Source of the DNA: a bacterium
Lineage (GTDB): Bacteria; SAR324; XYD2-FULL-50-16; G965216635
Reading direction: 5' to 3'
Length of the DNA stretch: 64,000 nt
Assembly (NCBI GenBank): GCA_965216635.1
Contig: OZ244188.1
Location: forward strand, 896,001-960,000
Positions 1 through 9,404 of this stretch are shown here, in pieces; positions within the stretch are counted from its first letter, which is position 1, and each line of letters begins with the position of its first letter. The notes beneath the pieces are model-generated. The model was not told the origin of the DNA. It saw only the letters and a list, made by a program, of their open reading frames with translations, and did no database searches. Position numbers and translations under genes: made by a program.

Positions 1-2461
1 ATTTAGAAACAAAGAAAACTATCAAGGTATCAATAAAGATTACGGTAACCAATACTATTACCGCTATCATTCTTTAGTTTTAGCTGAAGCCGACTGGAAA
101 AACTTATTTAGCAAAACCCCTTTCCTCAATGGCGGATTGTTTCAATGTTTGGATAGAAAATTGAGCAAAGATAATCCAGACAAAAAAAAACTTATAGACG
201 AGCGAAATAAAGATACCCGTAAAGAGAAAATAATGCTCCGCATAGACGGATTTTCTGATAAAACAGATAATGTTTTACAATTTCCTAATGATTTATTTTT
301 TAACGAAGACGAAACAGGATTGATTGATTTATTCAACAGGTATCAATTCACAGTAGAAGAATCCACCCCTTTAGATATAGATGTAGCCCTAGAGCCAGAG
401 CTTTTAGGTAAAGTTTTAGAAAACCTACTCGCTAGCTACAACCCAGAAACTTCCGAACAAACCCGAAAAACTACGGGCAGTTTTTATACCCCCAGAGAAA
501 TTGTAAGCTATATGGTGGACGAAAGCCTAAAACAGTATTTTAGTCAAAAAACAGAACTGAAAGATTTACAAATAAACGATTTATTCAACGAGAAAGAATC
601 TGATTTTAGCGATAATCAAAAAAAAGAAATCATTCGCAGTATTGATACCTTAAAAATAATAGACCCAGCAGTAGGTAGCGGAGCTTTTACGATGGGAATT
701 TTACAACGGCTAATTTCTATCCTAAACAAAATAGACCCTAAAAATATTTACTACAAAAAACAACAAACCGAAAAAGCAGAAAAAATGTCAGATGACCAAA
801 GCAAACGAGCTTCCTTAGAAATCATCAATCAAGTTTTTTCTCAAGAAAAACAATACAACGCCTACGGTAAAAAATTATTCTTAATTGAAAACTGCATTTA
901 CGGTGTAGACATACAACCCATCGCTATTCAGATTTGCAAACTACGTTTTTTCATTAGCCTAGCTATTGAACAAGAAGCGACTGAAGATAAAGAAAACAAT
1001 TATGGCATTCGCTCCTTACCCAATTTAGAAACCAAGTTTATTGTAGCAAATAGCCTTTTGGGACTAACAGATAAGACTCAACCCTCTCAGATTGCAGGTC
1101 ACGAATTAGTAGAGTTAAAAGCAAAGTTAAAAACAGTAAGACTCAATTATTTCACTGCTAAAACACAAGCAAAAAAATCAAAACTCCGTCAAAAAGATAA
1201 AAAAATTAGAAAAGAAATGGGAAAATTTTTAAAGAATGGATTAAGCAACGATGCTATTGAAAAAATTGCTAACTGGGATCTATACAACCAAAACACAGTT
1301 GCCGATTGGTTTGAACCCGAATGGCAGTTTGGCGTAGCAGATGGCTTTGATATTGTGCTAGGCAACCCTCCTTATGGATTTAGGAATGTTTTGACACCTA
1401 AAGAAAAAAAATATTTTAGAACTGTAGAAAAAATTGAATTTAGTAGTGGTGATAGTGCCGAGTTATTTTGTAAAAAATGCTTTGATAAATTACTAAAAAA
1501 CAATGGGATTCTTACTTTTATCATTCCAAAAAAATCATTATATGGGGACGCATGGACAGGATATAGAAAAGATTATTGGAACAAATACAATTTAAAATAC
1601 CTTATTGATACCAGCAAATCTTTTGAAAATGTTTTATTAGAAATGAATATTTTCGGTTTAGAAAAAACATATAAAAAAGGTTTAGTTAAATGTGGTTATT
1701 TAAACAAAAATAATACAATAAACATATTCAGTATAAGTGATAAGAGTGAAATATTCATGCAAAACAATACAGCTCAGATTTATAAATTATCAATAACAAA
1801 ATCATTTTGGGATAAAATTCAAAAATCAAAGAGTAATGAATCTCTTGTTTTAGGTAAATTAGGTTTAGCTATTGGAACTGATTTTTTTTCAGACAAACAA
1901 ACCAAATATAAGTTATTAAAAGGGATTGATATTTCTCAATGGAAAATCAAAAAAAATAGATGGTTAAAAAACACATCAAAACTAAATTGGAATAACGCTA
2001 AAAAATTTTTAGTCCCAAAAGTTATTTCTCAAGTGCTAATTGCTCATATAGAAAACCCAATTCCACATATAAAAATAACTGCTTGCTATGATGATGAAGG
2101 AATCATTATAACAAACACCTTAATGTCTTTTGATTTAGATAAAAGGCTATCGCCTCTATTTTGGTTAGCTTTTTTAAATTCATCATTTGTGAGTTGGTAT
2201 GCTTATAATTTTATTTATGCAAGAGCTGTTAGAACAATGCATTTTTATAATTTTTATATTCAACAAATTCCAATACCTAAATCAATAATTACACATCCAA
2301 AAGAACAAGAGCCTTTTATTGCCCTAGTAGATAAAATTTTGCAACAAAAAACAAAAGACAATACTGCAAACACCACCGAACTCCAAAAACAAATAGACTG
2401 CCTAGTCTATAAGCTATACAATCTCACCGCTGAGGAGATTAGAATTATAGAAAAAAATTAA
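1..2461 (+). CDS. Type IIG (Eco57I/TaqI-like) restriction-modification enzyme, N6-adenine MTase plus C-terminal target-recognition domain; 5'-truncated by the window edge
   Basis: Frame is open from base 2 (FRNKENYQG..PFLNGGLF). Motifs: GSFYTPREIV, motif I IIDPAVGSGAF, IYGVDIQPIA, motif IV VLGNPPY, typical C-terminal IDCLVYKLYNLTAEEI. Confidence 0.9.
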   Translation, partial: FRNKENYQGINKDYGNQYYYRYHSLVLAEADWKNLFSKTPFLNGGLFQCLDRKLSKDNPDKKKLIDERNKDTRKEKIMLRIDGFSDKTDNVLQFPNDLFFNEDETGLIDLFNRYQFTVEESTPLDIDVALEPELLGKVLENLLASYNPETSEQTRKTTGSFYTPREIVSYMVDESLKQYFSQKTELKDLQINDLFNEKESDFSDNQKKEIIRSIDTLKIIDPAVGSGAFTMGILQRLISILNKIDPKNIYYKKQQTEKAEKMSDDQSKRASLEIINQVFSQEKQYNAYGKKLFLIENCIYGVDIQPIAIQICKLRFFISLAIEQEATEDKENNYGIRSLPNLETKFIVANSLLGLTDKTQPSQIAGHELVELKAKLKTVRLNYFTAKTQAKKSKLRQKDKKIRKEMGKFLKNGLSNDAIEKIANWDLYNQNTVADWFEPEWQFGVADGFDIVLGNPPYGFRNVLTPKEKKYFRTVEKIEFSSGDSAELFCKKCFDKLLKNNGILTFIIPKKSLYGDAWTGYRKDYWNKYNLKYLIDTSKSFENVLLEMNIFGLEKTYKKGLVKCGYLNKNNTINIFSISDKSEIFMQNNTAQIYKLSITKSFWDKIQKSKSNESLVLGKLGLAIGTDFFSDKQTKYKLLKGIDISQWKIKKNRWLKNTSKLNWNNAKKFLVPKVISQVLIAHIENPIPHIKITACYDDEGIIITNTLMSFDLDKRLSPLFWLAFLNSSFVSWYAYNFIYARAVRTMHFYNFYIQQIPIPKSIITHPKEQEPFIALVDKILQQKTKDNTANTTELQKQIDCLVYKLYNLTAEEIRIIEKN

Positions 2462-2471
2462 GCAAACCAGT

Positions 2472-3098
2472 ATGTCAAAAAAGCCACAGACTGTAAAAGT
2501 ATTAGAGGAGTTAGGGAGGGTGCAATTATCTCCTTCGTTTTTTATGCGTGATTTTTTGTATTCAGAAATTTCACAAATTGAAAGAATCCCCAATATTCCC
2601 AATAACCCAGATTTAGCGATTAAAGTTGGTAAAAAATTATGTGTAGAAGTTTTAGAGCCTATCCAAAATCAGCTAGGAAAAATCAGCATTCGTTCTGCTT
2701 ATAGATCTCCAGAAGTCAACGCAAAAGGTGCGGAAAAGAATAATCAATACAACTGCTCCCGTAATGAAAATAGCTACGCTCATCATATTTGGGATGTTCC
2801 CGACAAAGACGGCGAAGGGGCTGTTGCTTGTATCGTAGTAAATTCTTTTCTGCCTTACTATGAAAAAACTAAACATTGGCAAGCCTTAGCTTGGTGGATT
2901 CACGATAATATTACAGCCTATTCCTCAATGTATTTTTTTCCTAAATTGTGTGCTTTGAATATTGGTTGGCACTCAACACAGAAAAAATGGATTAAAAGTT
3001 ATATCAAACCAAAAGGCTGTTTGACAAAACCTAGTATGGCTAATTTTTCAAGTAACCATAAAATGGAGTATAGTGCGTTTATTCAATCTATCACATAA
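2472..3098 (+). CDS. Peptidase M15-like (Hedgehog/DD-peptidase fold) hypothetical protein
   Basis: LSPSFFMRDFLYSE, EVLEPI, ISIRSAYRSPEVN and AHHIWD resemble M15A-type proteins. Confidence 0.55.
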   Translation: MSKKPQTVKVLEELGRVQLSPSFFMRDFLYSEISQIERIPNIPNNPDLAIKVGKKLCVEVLEPIQNQLGKISIRSAYRSPEVNAKGAEKNNQYNCSRNENSYAHHIWDVPDKDGEGAVACIVVNSFLPYYEKTKHWQALAWWIHDNITAYSSMYFFPKLCALNIGWHSTQKKWIKSYIKPKGCLTKPSMANFSSNHKMEYSAFIQSIT

Positions 3099-3107
3099 AC
3101 ATCATAA

Positions 3108-3173
3108 AATCTCTCTCCTTAAAAACATCTCTCAAATAGCTTTTTGACAAACCCTTTCCTTTTTTGATAAAAT
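3108..3173 (+). promoter_or_regulatory. Copy 1 of the repeated thrS-promoter block; sigma70-like promoter
   Basis: ctctctccttaaaaacatctctcaaatagcttt then TTGACA (3144-3149) and TG-a-TAAAAT (3168-3173). Confidence 0.65.
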
Positions 3174-3218
3174 TTCTTTTAAAGAGTAGTATTTCCATTT
3201 AAACAAATAGAAAAAATT

Positions 3219-3307
3219 ATGGGACATGTTTTTGTAGATTTGGAACTGAATAATCCAAAACAAGAAACCTTACAACCTATAAAAGTAAAAGCATTAGCGG
3301 ACATAGC
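3219..3307 (+). pseudogene. 5' fragment of a clan AA (retropepsin-like) aspartic protease
   Basis: ATG at 3219 gives MGHVFVDLELNNPKQETLQPIKVKALAD, which breaks off at the expected ALxDTG motif and joins the duplicated RM tail. Confidence 0.55.
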
Positions 3308-3409
3308 ACCGCAAACACCACCAAGCTACAAAAACAAATAGACAACCTAATTTATAAGCTATACAATCTCACAAAAGAAGAAATCACCACCATTGAAAAC
3401 AATGGTTAA
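3308..3409 (+). repeat. Diverged second copy of the 3' end of the type IIG RM gene (partner 2363-2461)
   Basis: Translates to TANTTKLQKQIDNLIYKLYNLTKEEITTIENNG* versus TANTTELQKQIDCLVYKLYNLTAEEIRIIEKN*. Confidence 0.9.
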
Positions 3410-3455
3410 ATATTATAGACTTACTTTATACTGATAAAAATTAATCTATAAATCT

Positions 3456-5537
3456 ATGGCACTACTTAACAAAACAATCAATGGTTACAAGTTTGTTTCT
3501 TTTATCAACCAAGGTGGATTTGGAGCAGTGTATAAAACGGAAAAAGGTAACAACAATTATGCTATTAAAGTATTCCACGAAGAATATATTTTAAGAGAAT
3601 TTAAAAAACATGGAGAAAATAATAGATTGCAAAGAGAAATAGATATTATGAAGTCTGTTTCTCATAAATATCTTATAAAATATGTTGATGACTTTGTGAA
3701 TCAAGATGAAACAGGAAAAAATTATTTTCTTGTTATGGAATTTATTAATGGAACGAATCTAAAAGAAATTTTGCAAAAAAATGAAAAATTATCAGAAACA
3801 GAAAGTATAAAAATTTTCAAACAAATCTTATAAGGATTGCAGTATTTACATAATATCAGGGGAGAAAATGTTGATGTAGGAATTATTCATAGAGATTTAA
3901 AACCCGAAAATATTTTAATACAAGAAAATGGAGAGATTAAAATAATTGATTTTGGAATTTCTAAAGTCATTGATTTTACTTCTTTAACAAGCACAGGCGA
4001 AATTTTTGGAACAGGTCCATATATGTCGCCAGAGCAAATTACTGATAGTAAAAATATTGATAAAAGGAGTGATTTATATACAGCTGGGGTGGTTTTATAC
4101 GAAATGCTTACAGGCTATTATCCTTATGATTTTCAATACCAACCAGAACTTATTGAAAAAATAAAAAATGACCATCCTATTCCTCCCAGAAGAAGAGAAA
4201 TTTCAATAAGTAATAAGATTGAAAACTTGATTTTGCAACTACTAGAAAAAAATCCATATCAAAGATTCGCACAAGTTTCGGAAATATTAGAAGTGATAGA
4301 TCTTACTACAGGTATTATTGAAGTAAAAAAATACGATTTATCACCTAATTTTTATCTAAGACTTTACAATGATAAAAGTGTATTAGAAGATTTCACAAAA
4401 AAAGATAAAAGTTTTGGAAATGTTATTTTTCCTGCAAATTTAGAAAATGTTCCAGCATGTAAAGGCTTACTTAAAAACATCCAAGAGAATGATAATATAA
4501 ATATTATTGTAGACCCGGCAACTGTTAGATTAGCATACCCTGCTTATACAGAAACTAAAGGAATGTTAAAACTTCCTTATACTCCTCAAAATAATGAAGT
4601 AATTACTCCTGAACACTTGAATAGTTTTTTGGCTCAAAAAAAATATGTAAAACAAGTTTTAGATACACAAATAGAACTTGGTGCCAATATTTTATTAACC
4701 CCATTTCATTATACACATAATTCTTCTCAGACTTATGGACCTGATAGAAACGCTGCTGCAGAGTGGTTTGATTTAGATTGTAAATTGACGGAAGAAAGTA
4801 TTGATTATAAAAATGCAAATCACCCTAATAAAAAAATTTATATGGGGGTTTGTATTAAAGCTGATTCTTTAAATGATAAAAAATCTAAAAGATATTTATT
4901 AAATACTTTTTCTGCTTTTAACACAGATGGTTTTTTAATATATGCAGACTGTATTGACAATAAAACCAGTGAAATAACTCTTTTTCATTATATTGATTTT
5001 CTTATAAAATTACAAAAATATACTCAAAAACCAGTGATTGCAGGGAGAATTAATGCTGGATTAGGACTTGGTCTACTTTCTTTTGGTATTGCTGGTTTTA
5101 CATCAGGGACAGCAAGATTTGAAAGTTTTTATGAAGATTTATATAAAGAAAGCACACCTTCTTATAATATGTATGTTAGATATTACTTCCCTGAATTATT
5201 AACTACTATTTCTATCTTAAGAAAAACCCCAACTAAGTTTGAACTAATTACTCAAGTTATTAAAACTTGTAATTGTCATTATTGCAAAGGGAACGATCAG
5301 CCTGCTATTATTACAGATCACAATGCAAAACTTCATTTTTTAGAAGTTATATCAAATGAAATAAATAGTATCAGAAAAAACCCCAAAGAAAAAATGAAAA
5401 AAGAATACTTATCAAAAATTGATTTTGCTATTGAAAACTATAATAAATTAAAAAGAGCCTTCAAAATAGAGGAGTATTCTTTTCTATATGGATGGAAAAA
5501 TATTTTTACTAAATTAAATGAAAAATATCATGTTTAG
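3456..5537 (+). pseudogene. Hanks-type Ser/Thr kinase fused to a C-terminal TIM-barrel-like domain with CxCxxC..H; interrupted by one in-frame TAA (3831-3833)
   Basis: ORFs 3456-3833 and 3837-5537 are in the same frame (..FKQIL*GLQYLH..). Motifs GGFGAVY, YAIK, HRDLKPEN, DFG, GTGPYMSPE and CNCHYC..HFL. Confidence 0.8.
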
Positions 5538-6168
5538 ATATGAAAAAGAAATGATCCCTGTGTTAAGGGAACATTTATCTGAGAAATACAAGACAGAGAA
5601 TTTTATCGAAGAATTTAATAGTGGGAACGGTATTGCTGATTTAGTTTTTACAATTGAAAAAATAAAAGATAATCAAAAGCATCTTTTAGATTATGAACTT
5701 ATCTATATTGTCTTTAAATATTTGAACAGAAAAAATAAAAAAATTGAAGCAAGAAAATTATTTACAGAAACTTTTTTAACAAAAAAACAAGTTGAAAATT
5801 TAATATGTTATCTTCTTGAAAATAATATTTTAAAATCTATTGACAAAGAAAATTTCTATGTGAAAAAGAAATATACACCTCCCATTAAAAAAATTATTTC
5901 AATCGAAGCTAAGCTATATAATTGGAAAAAAGGATTTTACCAAGCTCTAAGATACAAGGCTTATTCTCATAAAAGTTATTTAGCAATTAGTGAAGAATTT
6001 GCTCACAGGGTAGATAAAAATTTATTAACAAAACACAATATTGGTTTAATTACTGTTTCACCAGAAAAAATCGATTTCCCTGTTAAAAATAAAGACACAG
6101 TTCCTTTATATCCCGTAGCTCAGGCTTATTTATCAGAAAGCATGGCGTCTGTTTTAAGTACAGTATAA
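5530..6168 (+). CDS. PD-(D/E)XK-family nuclease-like protein with a central wHTH-like insert (sce7726/MmcB-like)
   Basis: EEFNSGNGIADLVF..IISIEAKLYNWKKGFYQALRY..IGLI; the ATG at 5530 overlaps the kinase-fusion stop (alternative start 5518). Confidence 0.7.
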   Translation: MFRYEKEMIPVLREHLSEKYKTENFIEEFNSGNGIADLVFTIEKIKDNQKHLLDYELIYIVFKYLNRKNKKIEARKLFTETFLTKKQVENLICYLLENNILKSIDKENFYVKKKYTPPIKKIISIEAKLYNWKKGFYQALRYKAYSHKSYLAISEEFAHRVDKNLLTKHNIGLITVSPEKIDFPVKNKDTVPLYPVAQAYLSESMASVLSTV

Positions 6169-6268
6169 TTTAAAATCTATATTTTTTAAGGGAAATAAAT
6201 TGTTCTCTTTCAAAAGTATCTTTGACTTTAATTCATTAAAACTTTTTCACTCAATAGTGGTTTTGACA

Positions 6269-6345
6269 AAAAACTCTCTCCTTAAAAACCTCTCTCAAAT
6301 AGCTTTTTTATAAAAAACTTGCTCTTTGTTATTTTGAACCAGAAA
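6269..6345 (+). repeat. Copy 2 of the thrS-promoter block (-35 decayed to TTTATA)
   Basis: aaactctctccttaaaaacctctctcaaatagcttttttataaaaaacttgctctttgttatt, exactly 300 bp upstream of copy 3. Confidence 0.85.
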
Positions 6346-6390
6346 CAATATAGTTTTTTAAAACAAAATATTTCTAATTTTATATCAACA

Positions 6391-6549
6391 ATAAAAACAG
6401 AATTTACGGCTATGATTAAAAAAGATGGCGATTGGTGGATTGGTTGGATAGAAGAAATACCTGGGGCTAATGCACAAGAAAAAACCAAAGAAGATTTGAT
6501 TATTAGCCTAAAAGAAGCAGCTAAGGATATTCAAAAACTTAAAAAATAA
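6391..6549 (+). pseudogene. hicB: HicB-family antitoxin, short orphan relic
   Basis: KTEFTAMIKKDGDWWIGWIEEIPGANAQEKTKEDLIISLKEA matches the HicB N-terminal domain; the expected start reads ATA; no hicA nearby. Confidence 0.65.
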
Positions 6550-6568
6550 AAAAACTTCTGCATTTTAA

Positions 6569-6640
6569 AAAAATTCTCTCCTTAAAAATTTCTCTCAAGT
6601 AGCTTTTTGACAAAAAATTTGCTCTTTGTTATTCTGCATT
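6569..6640 (+). promoter_or_regulatory. thrS promoter (copy 3 of the repeated block)
   Basis: TTGACA (6607-6612), 17-bp spacer, extended -10 TG-t-TATTCT (6630-6635). Confidence 0.75.
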
Positions 6641-6682
6641 AAGAATAATAAAATTTTTCATACCTCAAAATTTTCATACCCA

Positions 6683-8578
6683 ATGATACAGATAGAATTT
6701 GATAATAAGCAGCTGGAGTTAGCTCAAGAATGCTCTGTAGCAGATTTGATAAAGGAGCAACCGAATAGGCATACAGTTCTTGGTGCTTTAATTAACGGAG
6801 AGTCCAAAGATTTATCTGCGGTGGTTCAAAATAACGACAAAGTAACCTTGCTGAAATTTGAAAACCCTGAAGGGCAGTATATGTTTTGGCATACTTCGGC
6901 TCATGTTTTGGCTCAAGCGATTTTAAGACTTTACCCTGAGGCTCAGCCTACAATAGGTCCTCCTATTGAGGAGGGGTTTTATTACGATTTTTCAAACTTG
7001 GATTTTGCAGAGGGAGATTTTGAAAAGTTAGAGCAAGAAATTGCAAAGATTCTTAAAGAAAATTATTCTACTAACCGCATAGAATACAAAAATAAAGAGG
7101 AGGCTTTGGCGGTTTTTGAAAAAAACTCTTTCAAAAAAGAATTGATAGAAGAGTTTGCAGAAAATTTAAGTGCTTATCGGCAAGGGGAGTTTGTAGATCT
7201 TTGCAAGGGTCCCCATATTCCAAATTTGAGTCTTATCAAGGCTTTCAAAATTTTAAAAACATCGGGATCTTATTGGAGGGGGGATGCAAAAAACCCACAG
7301 CTGACAAGGATTTACGCTATTTCTTACCCCGATAAAAAACTACTCAAAAACTATCTTTTTCGTTTGCAAGAAGCTCAAAAAAGAGACCATCGTATTTTGG
7401 GAAAAAGATTACAATTATTTTCTTTTCATAAAGAAGCCCCTGGGATGCCCTTGTTTCAGCCTAAAGGAATCGTTCTTTGGGATAGAATTATGGATTTTTG
7501 GAAAAGTTGCCACAAAGATACCTATCTAGAAATTAAAACTCCGATTATGCTTAACCGTGATTTATGGGTGACTTCAGGGCATTGGGAAAATTACAGAGAA
7601 AATATGTATCTTACCAATATAGACGAGATGGAATACGCCATTAAGCCTATGAATTGCCCTGGCTGTCTGCTTTATTACAATAACCAGCAGTATTCTTACA
7701 GACAACTTCCTTTACGGATTGCTGAACTAGGTTTAGTGCATCGTCACGAATTAAAAGGAGCTTTGGGAGGGCTTTTTCGGGTGCGTGCTTTTCACCAAGA
7801 CGACGCACATATTTTTATGAAACAAGAAGATATTAAGGAAGAAATATTGGGAGTGTTGAAATTGTCTGAAAAAATTTATTCTTGTTTTGGTTTGGATTTT
7901 CACTTGGAACTTTCTACTCGTCCTAAAAAATCTATCGGCACAGACGAACAGTGGGAAGTTACCACTCAAGGTTTAAGGCTGGCTTTAGAAAAAGGAGCAT
8001 ACAAATTTGTTGTCAACGAAGGAGATGGAGCTTTTTACGGTCCTAAAATTGATATGCACATCAAAGACGCTTTGGGTAGAACTTGGCAGTGTGGCACTAT
8101 TCAACTGGATATGACTTTGCCCGAAAGGTTTGATTTGGGCTATATCAATCAAGCTGGGGATAAAACCCGTCCGATTATGATTCACCGCACAATTATGGGC
8201 TCTATTGAGAGATTCACTGGAGTTTTGATTGAGCATTTTTCGGGTAGGTTTCCTTTTTGGATGTCGCCTTCACAAGTAAAAATTTTAACTGTTGCAGACA
8301 GGCACTTAGATTTTGCTAAAAAAACCCAAGAAAAACTATTGCCTGAGAATTGGGTAGTAGAAATTGATGATAATACAGAATCTATAGGAAAAAAAGTCCG
8401 TCAAGCACAAATAGAGCAGTGGAATTATATTTTAGTGATTGGAGATAAAGAAATAGAGAGTGATTCTTTTAATATCCGTACCCGCAAAAATAAACAGATT
8501 ACAGATTTAAGTTTGCAAGATTTTATTCAAAAATTAAAAGAAGAAGAAAGTACTCGTAGCCTCACTGATTTGTTTTGA
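6683..8578 (+). CDS. thrS: Threonine--tRNA ligase
   Basis: HTSAHVLAQA, DLCKGPH, RDHRILG, KPMNCP, GAFYGPKID, WQCGTIQLD, GSIERF; ATG at 6683 preferred over the TTG inside the promoter. Confidence 0.98.
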   Translation: MIQIEFDNKQLELAQECSVADLIKEQPNRHTVLGALINGESKDLSAVVQNNDKVTLLKFENPEGQYMFWHTSAHVLAQAILRLYPEAQPTIGPPIEEGFYYDFSNLDFAEGDFEKLEQEIAKILKENYSTNRIEYKNKEEALAVFEKNSFKKELIEEFAENLSAYRQGEFVDLCKGPHIPNLSLIKAFKILKTSGSYWRGDAKNPQLTRIYAISYPDKKLLKNYLFRLQEAQKRDHRILGKRLQLFSFHKEAPGMPLFQPKGIVLWDRIMDFWKSCHKDTYLEIKTPIMLNRDLWVTSGHWENYRENMYLTNIDEMEYAIKPMNCPGCLLYYNNQQYSYRQLPLRIAELGLVHRHELKGALGGLFRVRAFHQDDAHIFMKQEDIKEEILGVLKLSEKIYSCFGLDFHLELSTRPKKSIGTDEQWEVTTQGLRLALEKGAYKFVVNEGDGAFYGPKIDMHIKDALGRTWQCGTIQLDMTLPERFDLGYINQAGDKTRPIMIHRTIMGSIERFTGVLIEHFSGRFPFWMSPSQVKILTVADRHLDFAKKTQEKLLPENWVVEIDDNTESIGKKVRQAQIEQWNYILVIGDKEIESDSFNIRTRKNKQITDLSLQDFIQKLKEEESTRSLTDLF

Positions 8579-9171
8579 GTAGCTTTGTTTTTCTTTTTAT
8601 GTTAGTAATTACTTTATCCTTCTTCAATGAAAATTTACAAATTTAGGTAATGAAAAAATTATTAGTTATACTTGGAATATTGCTGACAATTGGGTGCAGT
8701 CCACAAATTCCATCTCCTGAATCTTTGAACAAACAAATTGCTAATTTTCAATTACCAAAGTTACCCGAAGAAGGTAAAGCAATTGTATATATTGTGAGAC
8801 CTGCAAGAGTTTGGGGTGGAGTGATTAGATTTAGAGTTTATGTGGATTTATTAACAGAGAAATATAAGGTAGGTTCTACAGTTGGTGGTCAGTATATTTA
8901 CTTTAGTATTCAGCCAGGTAAACACCTAATTTTTTCAAAAGCAGAAAACACTTCTTCTATAAATGTTGATATAATTGCAGGAGACATAATTTTTTTCAAG
9001 CAAGAAGTAAATCCTGGTGGTTTTTATGCTCGCAATTCTTTAGTAAGAATACCAGAAATTGAAGGAAAATATTATATAAAAAAACTAAATCAAGGCAGGA
9101 TTTTATTCAAAAATTAAAAGAAGAAGAAAGTACCCGTAGCCTCATTTCTTTGTTCTGATTGGCTTTGTTTT
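8515..9171 (+). repeat. Direct repeat of the thrS 3' end (about 8515-8592 and 9095-9171) bracketing the lipoprotein gene
   Basis: gattttattcaaaaattaaaagaagaagaaagtac(t/c)cgtagcctca..ttgtt(t/c)tga..gctttgtttt, 580-bp offset. Confidence 0.9.
8650..9117 (+). CDS. DUF2846-like lipoprotein
   Basis: Lipobox LTIGC; PEEGKAIVYIVRP, YIYFSIQPGKH, SKAEN. Confidence 0.75.
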   Translation: MKKLLVILGILLTIGCSPQIPSPESLNKQIANFQLPKLPEEGKAIVYIVRPARVWGGVIRFRVYVDLLTEKYKVGSTVGGQYIYFSIQPGKHLIFSKAENTSSINVDIIAGDIIFFKQEVNPGGFYARNSLVRIPEIEGKYYIKKLNQGRILFKN

Positions 9172-9257
9172 GATAATGAAAGGATTTTTAACAATTTGTA
9201 ATAATGGGGTTATATTTTAGTTTTACCAGTAGGAATAAATACCATCAAAAAATTACT

Positions 9258-9404
9258 ATGGAAGCTAGAAAATCAGATCTTGTGCAGGTAAAAAATATTC
9301 GCACAAATAGATATATAAAAATTGATAGGTCTATTGGTAAAATTGTCGCCCATAAAAGAACAGAAGGAGCTTATAAAAACATTCCTTTAGCTCAAAAAAA
9401 ATAG
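9258..9404 (+). CDS. Small basic hypothetical protein (48 aa)
   Basis: MEARKSDLVQVKNIRTNRYIKIDRSIGKIVAHKRTEGAYKNIP; plausible short protein, start uncertain (9204 possible). Confidence 0.5.
   Translation: MEARKSDLVQVKNIRTNRYIKIDRSIGKIVAHKRTEGAYKNIPLAQKK

Noticed and set aside
3831..3833. Alternative genetic code or selenocysteine/pyrrolysine recoding of the kinase stop
   Set aside because: The codon is TAA, which terminates many genes in this window; Sec and Pyl use TGA and TAG
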